Positions 13,080 through 24,685 of a stretch of DNA of 64,000 nucleotides are shown one piece after another. How positions within the stretch are numbered: position 1 is the first letter of the stretch; every line of letters starts with the position of its first letter. Under the pieces are notes generated by a model. That model worked only from the letters and a program-made list of their open reading frames with translations. It did no database searches and was not told the DNA's origin. The position numbers and the translations under genes are program-made. The DNA is from Callorhinchus milii. Taxonomy: Eukaryota. The stretch covers positions 7,130,001 to 7,194,000 of the forward strand of contig NW_024704751.1 of NCBI RefSeq assembly GCF_018977255.1. Reading direction: 5' to 3'.

Positions 13080-13550
13080 GCTCTCTCCCCTCGAAGAGTC
13101 ATGAGGTTATGGGTTTGAGTCCCACGTCGGGGACTTTGAACTCGCCTTGTCTAGGCTGAGGCTCCAACGCAGAGCTGGTGGGAGAGGGAAGGGGAGAACC
13201 GCATTGTTAAAAGTGCCGTCCTTTGGATGGGCCAAAATAATCTGAAGTCCGGTCAGTGCCGGGCTCAGGAGGACGTTAACAATCCCATGGCCCACTTGGA
13301 AAAGACTTGGAAAAGAGACAGGAGTTTTTCTCTCCTGGTGTCCTGGCTAACAATCCTACCTCACCGCCCCCCGCGCCCCCAAAGATAAACATTGATCAGC
13401 CAATTTTTGCACAGACTTCATGGCTGTTGGTGGGACGTTGCTTTGCACAAATTGGCTGCCTACGTTGTACGGTAAATCCTGGGAATGGCTTGGAGGCGTT
13501 CTACCAACTTGAAAGGAAAGGTGCTGTATTAGATGAAAGGATTATTGTTG
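13080..13550 (+). mobile_element. Older SacSINE1/AmnSINE-like DeuSINE
   Basis: gggtttgagtccc B-box-like, gtgccgtcctttggatg, ctcctggtgtcctggc, gcacaaattggctgcc, tail ggattattgtt. Confidence 0.65.
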
Positions 13551-14747
13551 TGATATCACACATGGAGTCTCTCACACAGACACAGCGTCACACACAAAAC
13601 GATGGCGGGAGCGAAATAAGGCGGCTTTCAAATCTTTGGCTGCAAAGGAAACAGCAAAATGTACCCACGATCATTGCAAACCTCTCAGGATAAGATAGAA
13701 CCTACAGTCTGTCAACCTGGTACAACAGGAAGCCCAAGTCAAGAGTTTTGGACCCATTGCTAGAAGGCAATGATTCACGTTGTTATTCACCCGCTGCCCA
13801 GTTCAAGCTAATGAACAAACAGCATGTGATCACATGTAGAACCTGATTAAGACGGGCCTTTAGCCGGCGGAGGTCCTCACGAAGGGAAATACCAGCCACC
13901 ATCTAATCATCAGAGCATAACAACAGTAACTGTGCATTCATGCAGTACAGCGGCCATTACATGGGAGACATCGTCGAGTGTTTGGGGGGGGGGGGGGGGG
14001 GGGGGAGAAAGAATGGGTGTCAGACATGAGCAAAGTGACTATTGGTGCGGTCGTAGGGGTTGGCTTTAAGTCAGGATTAAAGGTAAATGGAGGGAGGTGG
14101 GAAGAGACCGGAGGTAACAGCACCCTTCCTGGTAATAGGCCTCCCCCCCACTCCCCCTCCTCCAGAAACAACTGTTAAGAATTAATCATTAACTGGATAA
14201 AGAAGCAGTTCTTGGTGTCTGCCCCTCATTCACTCCCTGAAACAGCTTTCACAGGAACCTCTCTCCCCACCCCACCCCGTTTCTAAATACACCTCAAAAC
14301 TTGGATATCCCCCCTGTATTTTGTAATGTTAGAAAGTGCAAAAGACATGACCCCATCTGTGTGGTGTATTGATCCCTCCCCGACCTTTCCACCATCAGGT
14401 CGTTGCACTAACGCAATGAATGTGATTAATATCTGACCCTGGCACCTGGGGTGCTAATGAACCTGTGCCGGGCGGCTCAGCCCAATACAATCTGGTATAA
14501 AAGTGTATCTCGCGCTCACTCACCCGCCTTTAATTGCACAGTTTGTTCTAGTAAACCAGTCAGCTGGAAACTTTCTACAGGCATAGTTGCTAGAGCTGCC
14601 AGCTTCTCGCTGATGTTTAATACTGTGGGACCACGTGTGTGCACTTGAGTGTCTGTTCTTCAGAGATGTTAAAGATCACACGACACTATTGGAAGCTCTA
14701 AGGAGGAGGGAACTTCTTCCATTGTGATCCAGATTAATGGACCAACA

Positions 14748-15200
14748 GCAACAAACAACAACAACAAAGTGACATTTGTAAAGCGCCTTTCACGTCGGGA
14801 GGATGTCCCAGTGCGCCGGACAGACAGAGTTTTGGACCCGAGCTGGGGGTCAGGATTGCTGAGGGTGGAGGGCAGGCAGGGAAGCAGGGTGATCGAAGAG
14901 GAGGGTCTTGAGATGGGGCTTGAAGGAGGCAAGGGAGGGGGCGAGGCGGAGGGACTGTGGGATGGAGTTCCAGAGGGTGGGGGCAGAGTGGCAGAAGACC
15001 CGCCCGCCAATAGTGGGTCGAGCAAGGCGGGGGATATGAAATGAGCTGAGCGGTGGGAGCGAGCAGGATGGTAGAGGGTTAGGAGGTCGCAGAGGTAGTG
15101 GGGAGCAAGACCATAGAGGGCTTTGAAGGTGAGGACCAGGATCTTGAACTGCATCCTCTGTGTGATGGGAAGCCAGTGGAGTCGGGCGAGAACGGAGGAA
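14748..15200 (-). mobile_element. L2-clade LINE 3' fragment
   Basis: Frameshifted ORF2 C-terminus QFKILVLTFKALYGLAPHYLCDLL / GGRVFCHSAPTLWNSIPQSLRLAPSLASFKPHLKTLLF, then a 3'UTR and a (TTG)n tail. Confidence 0.85.
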
Positions 15201-15859
15201 CAACTCTACAACACAGGTTATCAGGAAGATTGGATTTAATCGTCAATCTCAATTTAATGCACTTAATCTCAACACACTGTCCCGAAGGGTGTGTGTGTGT
15301 GTGTGTATGAGAGAGAGTGAAAGTGAGAGAGCACAAGGTTTGTTTTGGTCAACTTGTTTTGGTGTCTGACACATGCACAAAACCATCAATTGAGACGTCT
15401 CGAAGACGGCGCTGTATCAGATGTAAGGATTATTATTATAATACCCTCATGAACGAGTATCCAAACCAGACTGAGAGTTCCACATACAACAACAACAACA
15501 TAACAATCCTAGGAAGTTAATTTCTGACCCCTCACCCTCTAATTACAGACCATCATAACTAGAGACTTCACTCTCTGAGCGAGAGGGAGTTCAGCAACAA
15601 ACTTTCGTGCTCAGCGCACACAGCATATGCCAGAAACCCACTCCGTGACAAGAAGAAATGTGATTAAATGGAGGCAAAGGCTGGCAGACTGAGTGTTTTG
15701 GCACTTAGATTGGTGTGTGTGTGTACGTGTGTGTGTGAGTGAGTGAGAGAGGTACTGGATTCCTTCTTTTTTTGAAAGAAAATGCAAATCCTGGGGTTTC
15801 ATGGACACAAACAACAATCACCAGGAAAAAAAAATTACACTCAGGATTAAATGTGACAA

Positions 15860-16190
15860 ACGAACACGCACGCACACTCACGCACACCCACAGTCACTCA
15901 CACACACCCCCACACAATCACTCACACACACACCACCCCACACAATCACTCACACACACACACCCACACAATCACTCACACACACACCCACACAATCACT
16001 CACACACACACCCACACAATCACTCACACACACACCCACACAATCACTCACACCCCCACACAATCACTCACACACTCACGCACCCCCACACAATCACTCA
16101 CACACACACACACCCACACAATCACTCACACACACACACACCCACACAATCTCACACACACACACCCACACAATCACTCACACACCCCAC
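15860..16190 (+). repeat. CA-rich minisatellite (~21-25 bp unit, cacacaatcactcacacacac)
   Basis: About a dozen imperfect tandem units ending exactly at the inversion junction. Confidence 0.9.
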
Positions 16191-18227
16191 AGTTGAAGTC
16201 ATTGTTACAAATGAAAGTACCTCATGCACCTGTCCTGGGAGTGAAAATCTACTGGGATCACCTAAAACAAAGAAAGGTACGTGCGTACTGGTTCCCGACT
16301 GTTGTTGTGTGTGGCTGGTTTCTATTGAAAGTTAATTGAGTGAGTAACTAGTATCTCCTCCAAGTCAGTAGTATGCTAATAGACTCCAAGTTACATCCAG
16401 CGCCAAAATGGTGTTAAGACAGTTGGGTATAAGACAAGACAGAAGCCTGAGTTTAGAAATGAGTAACCAATGGGCTCAATTTTCTCCTAAATTTGCTTTG
16501 AAGCTTCAACCGGTTGTTCTCGTGCAGGGTTGTCCCCACAGTGTAATGGCAGTGACTGCGGTTACTCGTCGAGCATGGAGGGCAGTGAGACTGGATCGCG
16601 AGAAGGATCCGACGTCGCTTGCACTGAGGGTATCTGCAATCACGACGAAACAGGTTAGTGTGGTGCAGACCTTCTGGAGAGGGAGCATTTTAGGAGCGCA
16701 CCATCTAAACTGCCAACAACACATCATTCTATATTAAACACAAGTTTATTTCCAGATTTGTTTTCTTTTTATATTATTATTCATTAGCTTCCATCTGCCT
16801 TGTGATTCAGGTTGATAAGGGACCCCTTTACCCACCCCCCACCACCAGCTGCTATGTTACGTTTTTGTGACTTCTATTTCCTCAGACTCATCCCCATTCA
16901 AATGAATGGATTACTCACCTTATTGTTCATAGGACATTGCTGATGCAAATTAGCTGCTGCGTTTGCCTGCATTATAACCACTTAACCTCTTATTTTGTAA
17001 AGCGCGCCCAGACCTTTATTCTACTTGCGAAGCGCAGTACAAATCCAAGTTAATGGTGTGACCTCTGGCAGTTTTGTTAAGCTAAGATGGAAATGCCCCT
17101 ATGGATGGCTGTGCTGATCTTAATGGGCTAAATACCTCTGGTTCTTTCCTCTAATTTATGTGTTTGAATTGCTTTAGTTTATTTCCAGATTTGAGACCTC
17201 CCAGCGCCTTGGGACGTCCTCTCGGCGTGAAATGCCCTATGCAAATGTAATTTTGTATTGTATTAGTGTTTGGATTGCAACAGCGATAGCGGATCTGTTG
17301 ACGTGCTTGCCCTTTGCTTCTGACAGGCGACGACGCTTGTGTCCATCACTGTGTGGAGGACAAAGAGGAGGACGGGGTGGACAGCTGTGTGGAATGCTGG
17401 GCCAATGCCTCCGAGGAGAACACGAAGGGCAAGAGCAAGAAAAAGAAGAAGAAAAACAAAGGTGCAAAATGTGACGAGGATGTAAGTGTCTCGTGTTTTA
17501 GCAGCTTCTTAAGTGGCGTCTCTGGTTCCTTTAAGTGTTTAATTCCAACTCCAACTTTTTGGTTTTTTTTTATTGGGACGGTGGGAGGAGTTAGATAATG
17601 GGCTGTGTTTGCACACCGCACTGTATGACTACGTAATCCTATGCCACAATACCCCTGAAGGGAATTTCTTGTCTCATTCATTGATGGTGATTGCACTGCT
17701 TGAGAGACCAACCCCGCCCACCACTGTAAGCACTCTGAAACATTATCCTCTGTGAATAGTGTTGAGCCAGTCACTTGAGTGCCGTGTATCTGTCTTAAGT
17801 TGCCCTGATATTATCATTTTTCAGCTTCTGTTGAGCCGAAGAAATAATTAACAAAAGAGAATTTTAAAAAAAAATCTGAATTTTCTTCGGTTTTCCCACC
17901 CCTGTTCTGTAGAGCGAAGCTCCTGGAAACTGCAGCACAGACCTAAGCAGACGAGAGAATTTGGGTAACACTTTGCACAATGAGTTTCACCACGACAAAG
18001 CCAAAGATAGCAGTAACTCGGTGAAAGGCAGCCAGCAGGCGGCGTGGGTCACACAGATTCTGTCGGAGAAGCATTTTTCACAGTCATCACAAATTCCACC
18101 ACCGGGTCTGCCTGATTGGGGACAAGGCACCAAAACCTTAATGGAACTGCTTGTAAGTACAAATGTCGATAACTCTCAAGAAAGCCAACTTGAAGCTTGC
18201 CAGGCATTGAATCCAAACCGTTGACAT
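16191..18227. repeat. Left arm of ~2.04 kb inverted duplication
   Basis: Reverse complement of 22650-24685. Mirrored ORFs are identical. Only a 1-bp indel near 17230 and a G/C difference near 17802 were noticed. Confidence 0.97.
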
Positions 18228-19829
18228 TTTTCTCACAAAATATACAGGCAATTCCCTTTACAAAATATTCTGTGAAGTGCTTTGGGACGCCTCGAAGGCG
18301 TGAAGGTGCTATATCAAATGCAAGGATTGTTATTGTGATTATTATGTAATTTGGCCAATGTCCTCCAACTCCCCTTCCATGCTCAGTTCATCCCCATTGT
18401 CTTTGTGAGATGTGCCTCGTGTGCGCAAGACGTTAATAATTGCAAGTTGTTCGTGGATTGCAGTTGAAAGGAAACAAATGTTGGCAGCTGCTGTTTGCGA
18501 CCTATCTTATCACTTGGCCTGTGCCAACTAAGTGCCAAGGAAAGGGTAGAAAGTAATAGCCAGGCAGTTGGCGAGATTTCCACTCCCATTTAGTCAGCGC
18601 CTTGGGACGTCCTCCCGAAGTAAAAGGCACTCTATAAATGTAATTTTGTTGTTGTTGTGCCGGGAAATCAATGGAAAACACACGCGTTGCCTCCTAAGAG
18701 AGTACATGTTGGGTTCTAAAGAGCTTACCCAGTCAGTATTACAGTCGGGAGGCAAGATTTCTTATACTTGAGTGGAGTTGGTTAGTTCCTGAATTAAATG
18801 TTACATGCCTGGTTTCCTTTTAGGGTTTTTTTTAATGTAAGAACTATTTTAATTGGATTTTCACTAATGGTGTTTTTTTTTTGGCCCATTGTGTTAAGAC
18901 TGAGCTGTTACATGTTCACTCTAGTTTTATAATAATAATAATAATCCTTGCATTTGATATAGCTTTCTCTCTCCAACACCCCCCCCCCCCCCCTTTCTTT
19001 CTCGCAATCTGAGAATTTCTTGAATACGCCTCCACAGGCTCTCGTGACTGTTTTAGGCAGTGTTGGCAGCGCAGCCACAGCCCATACACAAACCCTTTTG
19101 ATTGCCTCACGAGTATTCTGCTACAGAAGTGCTAACACATCCGTTCTCCCGATCTTTCACACTCTTTAACCATTGCAGCGATGTGGCACTTCAGGAAATG
19201 GTTTCTGCCCCCCCTCCAGTTTTTCTCCTTCCCCATCATTAGTGTAAATAGTTTCAAAGCAATTAGTTTCTCTTAAACCATAGTTAGTATGGCATATGAC
19301 ATTGCCTTGTTTATTTAAACCTTTAAGCAGTTTTTTCTCAAAAAAAGGTTCAGCTGCGACTTTCGTGCCTCCTCGTGTTCCTGTCGATGTCTGGTTTAAC
19401 CTCTTCCTTCTCCCTGATTTTTTTTTCTGTCCTCTTCTTCACCCTTCCCCATCAACAACCAACCAAAGTTCATCTGATCATTGTCTTGAACTGCCTTTTT
19501 ACCTGGCAAATGCTGGCAGAGATTATTCTAACCGGAGCTATTGGGAATGAATACAGAAACCATGTTGCAATGCAAATTAATACTAACTTATTTTGCGTGG
19601 ATTTTCTCCTCCCTCTTTCCTCTCCCAGGATGAATCTGAATGTACTTCTGAGGAAGAAGCCATCACCCCGGATGAAATTCAGACATTCATGGCAAATAAC
19701 CAATCTTTCTATGTCAACCGAGAACAATATCGGCAGCTCCTCAAAGAGAAATTTAAGAAGTACTGTCGCTCCAACGACTACAAGAGACACTTCTGCAATG
19801 GCTGGCTGACGGTAGCTGGTGTGAACTAG
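16191..19829 (+). CDS. GGNBP2: GGNBP2 3' part on the opposite strand: duplicated exons plus the only copy of the terminal exon
   Basis: Truncated exon 16191-16276, then 16528-16653, 17327-17481 and 17913-18152, which copy minus-strand exons. Terminal exon 19629-19829 reads DESECTSEEEAITPDEIQTFMANNQSFY...GWLTVAGVN*. Confidence 0.92.
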
Positions 19830-20253
19830 CAAAGAAAGCTCAACCTTAGAAGCTACCCTTTTCTATGAAAACACTCAGTGACCACTGCGCCTTTTCTCTC
19901 AAATCTTAAAAAAGAAATTTAGATTTTTTTTGTTTCCTGTTGCATAATTTTATCTCGAACAGTTGGTGTGGTGATTAATTTTTATTTTTATTTTCTTTCT
20001 ACACTCTCCTGGACAGGGCAAGGCGGGGGGTTGGTGAGAGGGCGGTGGCAGCAGCCAGGTGGGGTGGTGGTGGGGGGCTTATTTTGCTCTCGTCTGCTTT
20101 CTCGAGACTTGTGCAGTATCCAGCCAGATGTCTGCAAGATGAGCTTACTTTATACTTTTGAACAATGCCTCCTCTCCTCTCTCCCACTCACTAAATGTTT
20201 CTCCTCGCCGTGAGAATTAAAACTAAATGTCTAGTGACCGAGAGAAGCTTACC

Positions 20254-20373
20254 AATAAATGTGTACAGAGAAAATTGAAACTTCTGATTTAAGGTTTTAC
20301 AAAAATTACATCCATTTAAAATGATGTTTGGATGTAACGTGTACAAGCGCAAAGTGCAGAATTTACAAATAAA
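20254..20373 (+). terminator. Candidate GGNBP2 polyadenylation signals
   Basis: AATAAA at 20254-20259 and 20368-20373, ~430-540 nt after the stop codon, the second followed by TG/T-rich sequence. Confidence 0.55.
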
Positions 20374-21716
20374 GAATATTTATTGATATGCATAGCAAAA
20401 TGTGCTGTGAATTTTATGTGGTTACTTGTTGAACACATCTGTGACGGATCGATTGTGACTGACTTGTGCTGTGTGCACAGGGGAGCACGAGGCTAGACTG
20501 TGTGCATGTGTTGGCACTAAAGATGGTAATCGTTTTGCAAAGCAAGGCCAAATGTAATGCGGACGTGCATTGACTTTGTGCCTTTCAAGCAGGCTAGTGT
20601 CTTGGAGCATTTAACTAATGAAATTTAACTATAGAAATGTACAGATCGGATGGTCATTTGGTCCATTGTGTCTGTGCTGGCTCTTTTAAAAAGCAATCTT
20701 TTCAATCCCATATAGCTGGCATTTCCCCATTTGTAGTTTACTTCTTCCAAGCCATGTTGTAAGATAAGGGCACTCCTTGGGATTGTGGGGGGAAAGGTCG
20801 TTCTCCCCCCAAAAAGTCCAAAATCTTAACTCATTTTGACTCGACTCATAAAGGATTAATATCTCATGCAATAAAGTACAAGGCAAAGGTTAATCTGTTT
20901 ACAGGAGGAAGTAGATTTGTCAATTAAGTTTTTGTTTGCAAACTAAAAATACCAGCTGCCTCAGGGAAGGATAAAAAAATGTTTGGTTTTGTTACTCTAT
21001 TTGTCTCGAACGTTGACATTTTGGGATCTAATTGCCACAAATTCATTTGTCAATTTTTACAAGAAATTTACAACTGCACACCCATTGGGAGTGCTTTGCT
21101 TTTCAACCCGTGTAGCAGACTTACAGTTGTTATGGCACAGGAGGAGGCTATTTAGCCCATTGTGGAAGTGCCAGATCCCCTGCTGGAGCTCTCTTAATCC
21201 CATTGCCCTGCTCTTTCCTCACCCCCGTTGTGTCCACACTAGTTTGGAATGATTTTTAAAAAGATTTCCCCACATCTTGCTGCTGCCTCCCAACATGCGT
21301 ACTTGCAGTGTGAGCGAAGTCCACGCTGCACCTTAAAAGCTCAATTAGCACCCGATGCTAATGATTAATGACAACTCTATTCCTCTCTCGTTGACATTTT
21401 CGGATGCGGCGCAAATGATTCATTTTTAAGAACACTGATTCATTCACGAAAGGAATCTTGGCGCCTAGCGCTCTTGTTTTGGGTTTGAGAGGCTAAAGGG
21501 GGGTGGAAGGGGGGGGGAAAAAAGTCCATGCCATTAAAACGGAAGGCAAGCAGCGGAACCGTGCTGCGAGGCGCTACCCTGGATTCCCAGCGCAATTCGA
21601 CGGAAACCAGGGTGGTGACGTAAGCAGTAACCGTTCACCTCTCCCTCGCTCGGGGAGTCTGGACTCTTTTTTTTTTTGTCATCGTTTGGCCCGCAGAAGT
21701 CGCAGTCGATCCCCTT

Positions 21717-22021
21717 ATAATAATAATAATAATAATAATAATAATCCTTGCATTTGATATAGCGCTTTTCACGTCGGGAGGACGTCCCAAAGCGTTTCAC
21801 AGAACACACTGTAAAGTGAATTGACTGTATTTCTTTGTGGGCGAACGCAGCAGCCAATGGCGCACAGCAATGTCCCACAGACAGTCGTGGATTGAAAATG
21901 ACCAATTTATTATTGTTTTGGTTTTTGGAGGGATTATTATTAGGCTCTGTGTGGAGTAAGGAAACTTGCCCGAGGTTTCGCCCTCTGCCTGGAATTGAAC
22001 TCAGGTCTCTCGCTCGCAAAG
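21717..22021 (-). mobile_element. DeuSINE, internally shortened variant, long (ATT)n tail
   Basis: Nearly identical to 3777-4070. Confidence 0.85.
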
Positions 22022-22118
22022 GGGTATAATCCCTTTGAAGCGCTTTGAGGCGTCTCGAAGGCGCGACGAGGCGCTGCAGCGAATGCGAGGATTATTAGTA
22101 TTATTACTGTAAATAACA

Positions 22119-22624
22119 TTGGGAGTGAGCAGAAGGGGAGGGGGCGGGGCGACAGGGGAGGGGGCGGGGCGACAGGGGAGGGGGGGGCGGGGGGGTGGAT
22201 CAGGACGGGCGGCGTGCGCGTGCGCGGCCCTCGGCGGCGGGGGGGGGGTGATGGGGGCGGGAGCCCGTGGCGCGGTGCGTGCTGGGAGTTGTAGTGCGGG
22301 CGGCGCGGCGGGAGGCGGGTCGGTGGAGGGAGGAACGCGGTACGGAGCGACTACAAATCCCAGAAGCCGCCGCGCGTCGGGGGCGCCGAGAGAGCGAGAG
22401 AGAGAGAGCGAGAGAGTCGTCGTCGCCGCCGCTTTCCACTCACTTCACACGTTCGTTCGTCCGTCCGTCCCGTCCCGTTCCGTTCCTCCCTCCGCTGTGA
22501 CCTCCGCCCTCCCCGCGGGCGCCACCGGAGAGCGGAGACCAACCCCCCCCCCCTCCCTTTCTCCTCCTCACACGGACACCAACCACACCGGGTCCTCTCC
22601 CCCTCACCCCCAACCGCCGCCGCC
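22119..22624 (+). promoter_or_regulatory. CpG-island promoter/5'UTR, probably of DHRS11 (displaced by the inversion)
   Basis: High CpG. GC boxes GGGGCGGGG at ~22141-22170. ACTACAnnTCCCAG motifs at 22281-22295 (-) and 22350-22367 (+). Ends in ccgccgccgcc at the gap. Lies downstream of the GGNBP2 3' end, where DHRS11 starts in the syntenic order. Confidence 0.7.
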
Positions 22625-22649
22625 NNNNNNNNNNNNNNNNNNNNNNNNN
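22625..22649. other. Assembly gap (25 N)
   Basis: Run of n characters. Confidence 1.
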
Positions 22650-24685
22650 ATGTCAACGGTTTGGATTCAATGCCTGGCAAGCTTCAAGTTGGCTTTCTTG
22701 AGAGTTATCGACATTTGTACTTACAAGCAGTTCCATTAAGGTTTTGGTGCCTTGTCCCCAATCAGGCAGACCCGGTGGTGGAATTTGTGATGACTGTGAA
22801 AAATGCTTCTCCGACAGAATCTGTGTGACCCACGCCGCCTGCTGGCTGCCTTTCACCGAGTTACTGCTATCTTTGGCTTTGTCGTGGTGAAACTCATTGT
22901 GCAAAGTGTTACCCAAATTCTCTCGTCTGCTTAGGTCTGTGCTGCAGTTTCCAGGAGCTTCGCTCTACAGAACAGGGGTGGGAAAACCGAAGAAAATTCA
23001 GATTTTTTTTTTAAATTCTCTTTTGTTAATTATTTCTTCGGCTCAACAGAAGCTGAAAAATGATAATATCAGGGGAACTTAAGACAGATACACGGCACTC
23101 AAGTGACTGGCTCAACACTATTCACAGAGGATAATGTTTCAGAGTGCTTACAGTGGTGGGCGGGGTTGGTCTCTCAAGCAGTGCAATCACCATCAATGAA
23201 TGAGACAAGAAATTCCCTTCAGGGGTATTGTGGCATAGGATTACGTAGTCATACAGTGCGGTGTGCAAACACAGCCCATTATCTAACTCCTCCCACCGTC
23301 CCAATAAAAAAAAACCAAAAAGTTGGAGTTGGAATTAAACACTTAAAGGAACCAGAGACGCCACTTAAGAAGCTGCTAAAACACGAGACACTTACATCCT
23401 CGTCACATTTTGCACCTTTGTTTTTCTTCTTCTTTTTCTTGCTCTTGCCCTTCGTGTTCTCCTCGGAGGCATTGGCCCAGCATTCCACACAGCTGTCCAC
23501 CCCGTCCTCCTCTTTGTCCTCCACACAGTGATGGACACAAGCGTCGTCGCCTGTCAGAAGCAAAGGGCAAGCACGTCAACAGATCCGCTATCGCTGTTGC
23601 AATCCAAACACTAATACAATACAAAATTACATTTGCATAGGGCATTCACGCCGAGAGGACGTCCCAAGGCGCTGGGAGGTCTCAAATCTGGAAATAAACT
23701 AAAGCAATTCAAACACATAAATTAGAGGAAAGAACCAGAGGTATTTAGCCCATTAAGATCAGCACAGCCATCCATAGGGGCATTTCCATCTTAGCTTAAC
23801 AAAACTGCCAGAGGTCACACCATTAACTTGGATTTGTACTGCGCTTCGCAAGTAGAATAAAGGTCTGGGCGCGCTTTACAAAATAAGAGGTTAAGTGGTT
23901 ATAATGCAGGCAAACGCAGCAGCTAATTTGCATCAGCAATGTCCTATGAACAATAAGGTGAGTAATCCATTCATTTGAATGGGGATGAGTCTGAGGAAAT
24001 AGAAGTCACAAAAACGTAACATAGCAGCTGGTGGTGGGGGGTGGGTAAAGGGGTCCCTTATCAACCTGAATCACAAGGCAGATGGAAGCTAATGAATAAT
24101 AATATAAAAAGAAAACAAATCTGGAAATAAACTTGTGTTTAATATAGAATGATGTGTTGTTGGCAGTTTAGATGGTGCGCTCCTAAAATGCTCCCTCTCC
24201 AGAAGGTCTGCACCACACTAACCTGTTTCGTCGTGATTGCAGATACCCTCAGTGCAAGCGACGTCGGATCCTTCTCGCGATCCAGTCTCACTGCCCTCCA
24301 TGCTCGACGAGTAACCGCAGTCACTGCCATTACACTGTGGGGACAACCCTGCACGAGAACAACCGGTTGAAGCTTCAAAGCAAATTTAGGAGAAAATTGA
24401 GCCCATTGGTTACTCATTTCTAAACTCAGGCTTCTGTCTTGTCTTATACCCAACTGTCTTAACACCATTTTGGCGCTGGATGTAACTTGGAGTCTATTAG
24501 CATACTACTGACTTGGAGGAGATACTAGTTACTCACTCAATTAACTTTCAATAGAAACCAGCCACACACAACAACAGTCGGGAACCAGTACGCACGTACC
24601 TTTCTTTGTTTTAGGTGATCCCAGTAGATTTTCACTCCCAGGACAGGTGCATGAGGTACTTTCATTTGTAACAATGACTTCAACT
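22650..24685. repeat. Right arm of ~2.04 kb inverted duplication
   Basis: Starts directly after the N gap and mirrors 16191-18227. Confidence 0.97.

Noticed and set aside
13984-14005. Long G/C homopolymers (also ~4804-4820 and ~39040-39062)
   Set aside because: Common throughout the window, lengths are unreliable in assemblies, and there is no specific functional evidence.
15739-16335. His/Thr-rich ORF fused in frame to GGNBP2 VEVIVTNE...
   Set aside because: It is a translation of the CA minisatellite across the probable misjoin, not a credible chimeric gene.
16191-18152. Second GGNBP2 paralog or antisense pseudogene
   Set aside because: Intron sequence is almost identical to the main copy and the block is bounded by a gap and a repeat, so an assembly artifact explains it better.
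21534-22019. Recurrent peptide [20 protein letters not shown] in many ORFs
   Set aside because: It is the translated SINE tail with its (ATT)n repeat, not a protein family.
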